Of a stretch of 48,316 nt of DNA, positions 43,520 to 48,316 are shown piece by piece. The position numbers and the translations under genes are program-made. The notes beneath the pieces are model-generated. The model saw only the letters and a list, made by a program, of their open reading frames with translations, did no database searches and was not told the origin of the DNA. The stretch spans positions 1 through 48,316 of the forward strand of contig DATEVB010000087.1 in the NCBI GenBank assembly GCA_035282865.1, in the 5' to 3' direction. Source of the DNA: Acidimicrobiia bacterium. Lineage in GTDB: Bacteria; Actinomycetota; Acidimicrobiia; Spongiisociales; UBA4744. Within the stretch, counting starts at the first letter, position 1, and the number at the start of each line of letters is the position of its first letter.

Positions 43520-43564
43520 ACCGTTGAGCCATGCAGGTCACACATCTCGACCAGAGACCCGAAC

Positions 43565-44236
43565 TCATCTGACTTCCCACACTTCGCCGGAGGAGAGCCT
43601 GATGAGACCGGACCCGGTCTCAACCACCAGTCTCCCTTCCTCATCGATATCGCGCGCTATTCCGGCCCCATCGGGATGCCACCGGATGGCTCGACCGATG
43701 GTCCCGCACGCCTGGCGGTACTCCTCCCGACCCCACTCTTCCGGCCCACGCTCGATTCGGGCCAGCAGCTGGTCACACCACCGCGACGCCAAGCCGACGG
43801 CGAGGCCAGGACCCGGGTCGGTTTCGAACATGCTGCCGAAACCAGCCGGGGGATCCGGCCACCACAGATTGACGCCCAACCCGACCACCACCAGGTCACC
43901 CACAGCTTCGAGTAGCAACCCGGCGACCTTGGCGCCTTCTCGCAGCAAATCGTTTGGCCACTTGCAGGCAACGTCATCACCGAGCACGGCCCGGCCGGCC
44001 AGTGCGGCGATGAGTGAGAGGCGACCGAACTCGGCGGTGTGCCATGCGGACGGCCGTATCGCCAGCGACGCGGCCATCGCCCGCGGGGCGGTTTCCCACC
44101 GACGGCCCGATCGCCCCCGCCCGGCCGACTGGCGATCAGCCACGACGAGCACGGGAGCATCGCCGGCCCGAGCGGTCGCCTCATCCTGGGTGGATGGGAT
44201 ATCCTCGAACACGACGAGCGCGTATGGTGTAGCCAT
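43565..44236 (-). CDS. birA: Biotin-[acetyl-CoA-carboxylase] ligase, group I (no N-terminal HTH)
   Basis: 223 aa with 'QSAGRGRSGRRW' (GRGRxGRxW) and 'KWPND'. The protein begins directly with the catalytic domain. Confidence 0.88.
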   Translation of the reverse strand: MATPYALVVFEDIPSTQDEATARAGDAPVLVVADRQSAGRGRSGRRWETAPRAMAASLAIRPSAWHTAEFGRLSLIAALAGRAVLGDDVACKWPNDLLREGAKVAGLLLEAVGDLVVVGLGVNLWWPDPPAGFGSMFETDPGPGLAVGLASRWCDQLLARIERGPEEWGREEYRQACGTIGRAIRWHPDGAGIARDIDEEGRLVVETGSGLIRLSSGEVWEVR

Positions 44237-44278
44237 TCCACGGTCCCATGAGTCAAACGTGCGGCCAATCTATCCGGG

Positions 44279-45835
44279 GTGAGGGTGGGAACAGAACAAC
44301 GAATCGAAGATCTGCGCAGGTTGCGCGAAGAAGCCCTGCACGCCGGCAGCCAACGGGCCGTCGATCGTCAACACGAACAGGGCAAGCTCACCGCCCGCGA
44401 GCGCCTCGAGTTGCTCCTGGACAAAGGCTCGTTCCAGGAGATCGACATGCTGGTCCGCCATACGGCGATCGGCTTCGGCATCGAGAACAAGCGACCTGCC
44501 GGAGATGCCGTGGTGACCGGCTGGGGAACCATCGAGGGCCGAACGGTATTCGTGTTCGCCGAAGACTTCACGGTGTTCGGTGGCAGCCTGGGTAGAGCAG
44601 TCAGCGACAAGATCTGCAAGGTGATGGATACGGCGCTCAGTGTGGGAGCACCGGTCATTGGGCTCAAAGACTCAGGCGGAGCCCGCATCCAGGAAGGGGT
44701 GGCTTCGCTGGACGGATACGGGCGCATCTTCGAGCGAAACGTGCAGGCTTCGGGCGTCATCCCACAAATCTCGGTGATCATGGGACCGTGCGCGGGTGGC
44801 GCGGTCTACTCACCGGCCATCACCGACTTCGTATACCAGGTCAATGGATCAAGCCACCTGTTCATCACGGGCCCCGACGTGATCAAGGCAGTCACCGGTG
44901 AAGACGTGACCTTCGAGGAGTTGGGCGGTGCGCTGACCCACGCCGGAACGTCCGGGGTAACCCATTTCGTCGCCAACGACGGGAGCTCTGCCCTCGAAGA
45001 AGTCCGGTATCTGGTGTCGTACCTGCCCCAGAACAACATGGAAGTAGCGCCTTACTTTACCCCCGTCGACGTGCCCGACCGCATGGACGACGATCTCGAT
45101 TCGATCATCCCCGACTCGGCCAACCAGCCCTACGACATGGTCAGACTCGTAGAGCACGTTGTGGACGAGGGCGACTTCTACCAGGTCCACGAGCACTGGG
45201 CCCGGAACATCGTGGTTGGCTTCGCCAGGCTCGACGGGTACACGGTCGGAGTGGTAGGCAACCAACCCTCAGAGTTGGCCGGGACACTCGATATCAACGC
45301 GTCCGAGAAGGGAGCCAGGTTCGTTCGCTTCTGTGATGCCTTCAACATCCCGCTCGTGGTCTTCGTCGATGTTCCCGGTTTTCTCCCTGGGGTGGGACAG
45401 GAACACGGTGGGATCATCCGCCACGGCGCCAAACTGCTCTATGCCTTCAGCGAGGCGACGGTCCCTCGCTTGTCGGTGATCACCCGCAAGGCCTACGGGG
45501 GGGCGTATGTCGTCATGAACTCGCGTGGCATTCGGGCCGACGGAGTCTTCGCGTGGCCTTCCGCCGAGATCGCCGTGATGGGAGCCCAGGGAGCGGTCAA
45601 CGTCATCTCCAGGCGGGAGATTGCCGGCGCAGAGGAGCCCGACCAGCGCCGTGCGGAACTGATCTCCGAATACGAGGAGCGCTTCAACAACCCGTATCGC
45701 GCCGCCGAGCTCGGGCTGGTCGACGAGGTGATCGAACCACGCCAGACCCGTCCCAAACTCATCCGGGCTCTCGAAATGCTCCGCAATAAACGTGAGACCC
45801 TCCCACCCAAGAAGCACGGGAACATCCCTCTGTGA
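44279..45835 (+). CDS. Acyl-CoA carboxylase carboxyltransferase (beta) subunit, AccD5/PccB-like
   Basis: 518 aa with '[18 protein letters not shown]', '[10 protein letters not shown]' and two crotonase-like halves. GTG start. It is divergent from birA. Confidence 0.9.
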   Translation: MRVGTEQRIEDLRRLREEALHAGSQRAVDRQHEQGKLTARERLELLLDKGSFQEIDMLVRHTAIGFGIENKRPAGDAVVTGWGTIEGRTVFVFAEDFTVFGGSLGRAVSDKICKVMDTALSVGAPVIGLKDSGGARIQEGVASLDGYGRIFERNVQASGVIPQISVIMGPCAGGAVYSPAITDFVYQVNGSSHLFITGPDVIKAVTGEDVTFEELGGALTHAGTSGVTHFVANDGSSALEEVRYLVSYLPQNNMEVAPYFTPVDVPDRMDDDLDSIIPDSANQPYDMVRLVEHVVDEGDFYQVHEHWARNIVVGFARLDGYTVGVVGNQPSELAGTLDINASEKGARFVRFCDAFNIPLVVFVDVPGFLPGVGQEHGGIIRHGAKLLYAFSEATVPRLSVITRKAYGGAYVVMNSRGIRADGVFAWPSAEIAVMGAQGAVNVISRREIAGAEEPDQRRAELISEYEERFNNPYRAAELGLVDEVIEPRQTRPKLIRALEMLRNKRETLPPKKHGNIPL

Positions 45836-45874
45836 TCCAGGACCGCCGCCCCGACCGTCGAGGAGCTTCCTAGC

Positions 45875-47632
45875 ATGCCCGATATGCGCTCCCTGCTGAT
45901 AGCCAATCGCGGCGAGATCGCGGTTCGCATCATTCGGTCTGCCCAGGAGACGGGTTTGCGGACCATTGGGGTCTATTCCGAACTGGATCGTGATGCCCTG
46001 CATGTCGACCTGGCCGACGAGGCGTGGAATATCGGTCCGGCTCCGGCCGCTCAGTCGTATCTCAACATCGACCGCATCATCGATGTGGCCAGGGAAGCGA
46101 AAGCCGACGCGATACATCCCGGCTACGGGTTCCTGGCGGAGAATGCAACGTTCGCGAGGAAGGTCATAGAGGCAGGCATCATCTGGGTTGGACCACCGCC
46201 CGAAGCCATCGCCATCATGGGCGACAAGATCGCTTCCCGGAAGGCTGCCGCCGTAGCGAGAGTCGACAGCGTCCCGGGCACACTCGAACCCCTTGGATCG
46301 GCCGACGACGTCCGCGCCGCCGTTACGGAATTCGGCTACCCGATAGCCATCAAGGCTGCCCACGGGGGCGGCGGCAAGGGTTTGCGCGTCGTCCACCAGG
46401 AGCAGGAACTCGAATCGGCGTTCGAGGGAGCCCGCCGGGAAGCCGACGCCTATTTCGGCAGTCCCGAGGTGTATGTCGAGAAATACCTCCAGTTCCCCCG
46501 CCACATCGAGGCCCAAATCCTGTGCGACGACCACGGGCACGCCGTCTTCCTCGGAGAGCGGGACTGTTCTGTGCAACGGAGACACCAGAAGCTGATCGAA
46601 GAAACCCCGTCTCCAGGTCTGGACGAGAAGACCCGAGTCAGGCTGGGCAAGGCAGCCATCGCCGTTGCCAAGGCGTGCGGCTACCGGAACGCCGGAACGG
46701 TGGAGTTCCTGATGGACCGCACCGGTACCTTCTACTTCCTCGAGATGAACACCCGACTCCAGGTGGAGCACACCGTCACTGAGATGGTGACGGGCATAGA
46801 CATCGTCCAGGAGCAATTGAAGATCGCCCGGGGACAACCGCTCTCCACCGACCGGGTCAGGGCGGCAGGTCACGCCATCGAATTCCGTATCAATGCCGAG
46901 GATCCGGCTCGCGACTTCCTTCCCAATCCCGGCCGGGTTGCCGAGTATCGGGAACCGGGTGGATTTGGGGTCCGAGTCGACAGCTGGGTCCGGCCCGGCA
47001 CGAAGATCAGCCAGTACTACGACAATCTCATGGCGAAGCTCGTTGTGTGGGGACCCACCCGTACCGACGCCATCAACCGGGCCCGCCGGGCCCTGGGCGA
47101 ATTCCACATCCGCGGGGTGGCCACAACGATTCCGGCCCACCTGCGAGTGCTGGAGCACCCGACCTTCGTCGAAGGTACCCACCATACGCGCTGGGCAGAA
47201 GATGAACTCGATCTCACCGGAATCGCTCGACCGACGGCCCCGGCGCTTCCCGCAGACGAGGAAGTCGCCCAGCGAGACATCACCGTGGAAATCGGCGGCC
47301 GCCGCTACGTGGTCACCTACTGGATGCCGGACCTCCAACCGGCCAGCTCGGGGCGGCGGCCCGCACCCCGTCGCAAACCACCCAGGCTGTCCCAACCGCC
47401 GGGCAACAACTCCGGCGAGGCCGGCGTTGTCACCTCTCCCATGCAAGGAACCATCGTCAAAGTGAACACCGAAGCCGGCAACAGCATCAACGCCGGGGAA
47501 CCCATCTGTGTCCTGGAAGCGATGAAGATGGAGAACGAGGTCCGCAGCCCGATCGAGGGTGAGGTGGTCGACCTGCGGGTTCGTCCCGGTGACACCGTCT
47601 CCAGCGGCCAGGTGATCGCCATCATCCGGTAG
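45875..47632 (+). CDS. Acetyl/propionyl-CoA carboxylase alpha subunit (biotin carboxylase + BCCP)
   Basis: 585 aa with 'LLIANRGEIAVRIIRS', an ATP-grasp core, and the C-terminal biotinyl-lysine motif 'EAMKMENE'. AGGAG lies 9 nt upstream of the ATG. Confidence 0.93.
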   Translation: MPDMRSLLIANRGEIAVRIIRSAQETGLRTIGVYSELDRDALHVDLADEAWNIGPAPAAQSYLNIDRIIDVAREAKADAIHPGYGFLAENATFARKVIEAGIIWVGPPPEAIAIMGDKIASRKAAAVARVDSVPGTLEPLGSADDVRAAVTEFGYPIAIKAAHGGGGKGLRVVHQEQELESAFEGARREADAYFGSPEVYVEKYLQFPRHIEAQILCDDHGHAVFLGERDCSVQRRHQKLIEETPSPGLDEKTRVRLGKAAIAVAKACGYRNAGTVEFLMDRTGTFYFLEMNTRLQVEHTVTEMVTGIDIVQEQLKIARGQPLSTDRVRAAGHAIEFRINAEDPARDFLPNPGRVAEYREPGGFGVRVDSWVRPGTKISQYYDNLMAKLVVWGPTRTDAINRARRALGEFHIRGVATTIPAHLRVLEHPTFVEGTHHTRWAEDELDLTGIARPTAPALPADEEVAQRDITVEIGGRRYVVTYWMPDLQPASSGRRPAPRRKPPRLSQPPGNNSGEAGVVTSPMQGTIVKVNTEAGNSINAGEPICVLEAMKMENEVRSPIEGEVVDLRVRPGDTVSSGQVIAIIR

Positions 47633-47637
47633 ACGGT

Positions 47638-48316
47638 TCAGAAGGCGGCGTCGCTCAGACTCTCCGACAACGAGGGGTGCACCATCAAGGTCTCCACCAG
47701 CGTGTCGACCTTGAGACGCCCCTGAACGGCCAGGGCCAGGATGCCGATCAGCTCCGACGCCCGGTGCCCTACGATGGTCCCACCCAGCACGGTGTGGGTG
47801 GCGGGATCGCTGATGACCTTCACAAACCCACGGGTGGCCCCGTGGATGATGCTGCGAGGGTTGGCCGCGAACGGCACCTTGGTGATACGAACCTTGCGAC
47901 CCTCGGAGGCTGCTTCGGCCTCCTCCAAACCCACCGAGGCGATCTCCGGATCGGTAAAGATGGCTTGCGCCACCTTGGGGTAATCGAGCGGCTTTACCGG
48001 CCGCCCCATTACGTGCCGGGCGATCTTGCGTCCCTGCATCGAGGCCACCGACGAGAGGGGCATCTGCCCGGTGACATCCCCTGCGGCATAGATGTGCGGC
48101 ACCGACGTCCGTTGGAACTCATCGACGATCACATACCCGCTCCGTGTCTCGATGCCGGCCTCGGCCAGCCCGATCCCCTCGGTGAGCGGCACCGAGCCGA
48201 TAGCCAGCAGGGCGTGACTCCCCTCCACCCGGCGCCCATCCTGGGCCTCGATGAGGACACCGCGCTCCGTTCGAGTGGCAACCACCGCCCGGGCGCCTTT
48301 GAGGAGCGCAACGCCG
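47638..48316 (-). CDS. Pyridine nucleotide-disulfide oxidoreductase (LpdA-like flavoprotein), C-terminal part only; the gene continues beyond the window
   Basis: It has 'IYAAGDVTG' (FAD site) and a dimerisation domain ('GFVKVI...TVLGGTIVG..ASELI'). The reading frame stays open to the window edge. Confidence 0.75.
   Translation of the reverse strand, partial: GVALLKGARAVVATRTERGVLIEAQDGRRVEGSHALLAIGSVPLTEGIGLAEAGIETRSGYVIVDEFQRTSVPHIYAAGDVTGQMPLSSVASMQGRKIARHVMGRPVKPLDYPKVAQAIFTDPEIASVGLEEAEAASEGRKVRITKVPFAANPRSIIHGATRGFVKVISDPATHTVLGGTIVGHRASELIGILALAVQGRLKVDTLVETLMVHPSLSESLSDAAF

Noticed and set aside
45269-47446. 725-aa ORF antisense to the carboxylase alpha-subunit gene. Similar long shadow ORFs occur at 38120-39262, 15400-16557, 18103-19197, 28858-30291, 34933-35925, 2717-3778 and 10457-11200.
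   Set aside because: Each lies opposite or out of frame to a gene with strong family motifs. The translations are Arg/Pro/Gly-rich low-complexity sequence typical of stop-poor frames in high-GC DNA, and no recognisable motifs are present.
1-48316. CRISPR arrays, tRNA or rRNA genes, IS elements and prophage genes.
   Set aside because: I scanned for spaced direct repeats, T-loop GGTTCGAATCC-type motifs and transposase or integrase-like ORFs. The only T-loop-like match belongs to the tmRNA, and I could see no repeat arrays or mobile-element genes.

Overview
High-GC, very gene-dense chromosomal segment. Its gene order resembles conserved actinobacterial core regions, recalled from mycobacterial chromosomes, and may come from an Acidimicrobiia-like lineage; that assignment is inference only. 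I call about 44 protein genes, one tmRNA (ssrA), one programmed +1 frameshift (prfB), and a few hairpins. I found no tRNA or rRNA genes, CRISPR arrays, transposases or integrases. Contents in order: rdgB-rph-MBL hydrolase-JAMM-dinG; pfkA; ssrA; tlpA-like and FAD oxidase; smpB-M23 peptidase-ftsX-ftsE-prfB; secA; HD-GYP, HEAT protein, NarL-type response regulator and hpf; comF; an FtsH-like protease; ahcY-PMI/PGI-trm112-manB; a GT2/GtrA/GT-C glycosylation trio with an untracked 58-aa zinc-ribbon gene; DUF3499 plus a Cys-rich 88-aa protein; a monothiol Trx-like protein, DUF5719-like protein and giant GT2-membrane fusion; cofD-cofE; epimerase-GT2-ugd-LCP; a DLH-like gene; birA; acyl-CoA carboxylase beta and alpha subunits; and a partial flavoprotein disulfide reductase. 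Many ORF-track calls carry spurious N-terminal extensions, and I re-set those starts using stop/start overlaps (ATGA/GTGA) and Shine-Dalgarno (SD) motifs. The best candidate for an undescribed system is the response regulator-HEAT-HD-GYP module. It is joined by three ATGA overlaps to the ribosome hibernation factor gene and sits between hpf and secA. The HEAT protein appears to share an N-terminal domain with the HD-GYP enzyme. All homology statements rest on motifs read by eye and recalled family knowledge; no database search was run.
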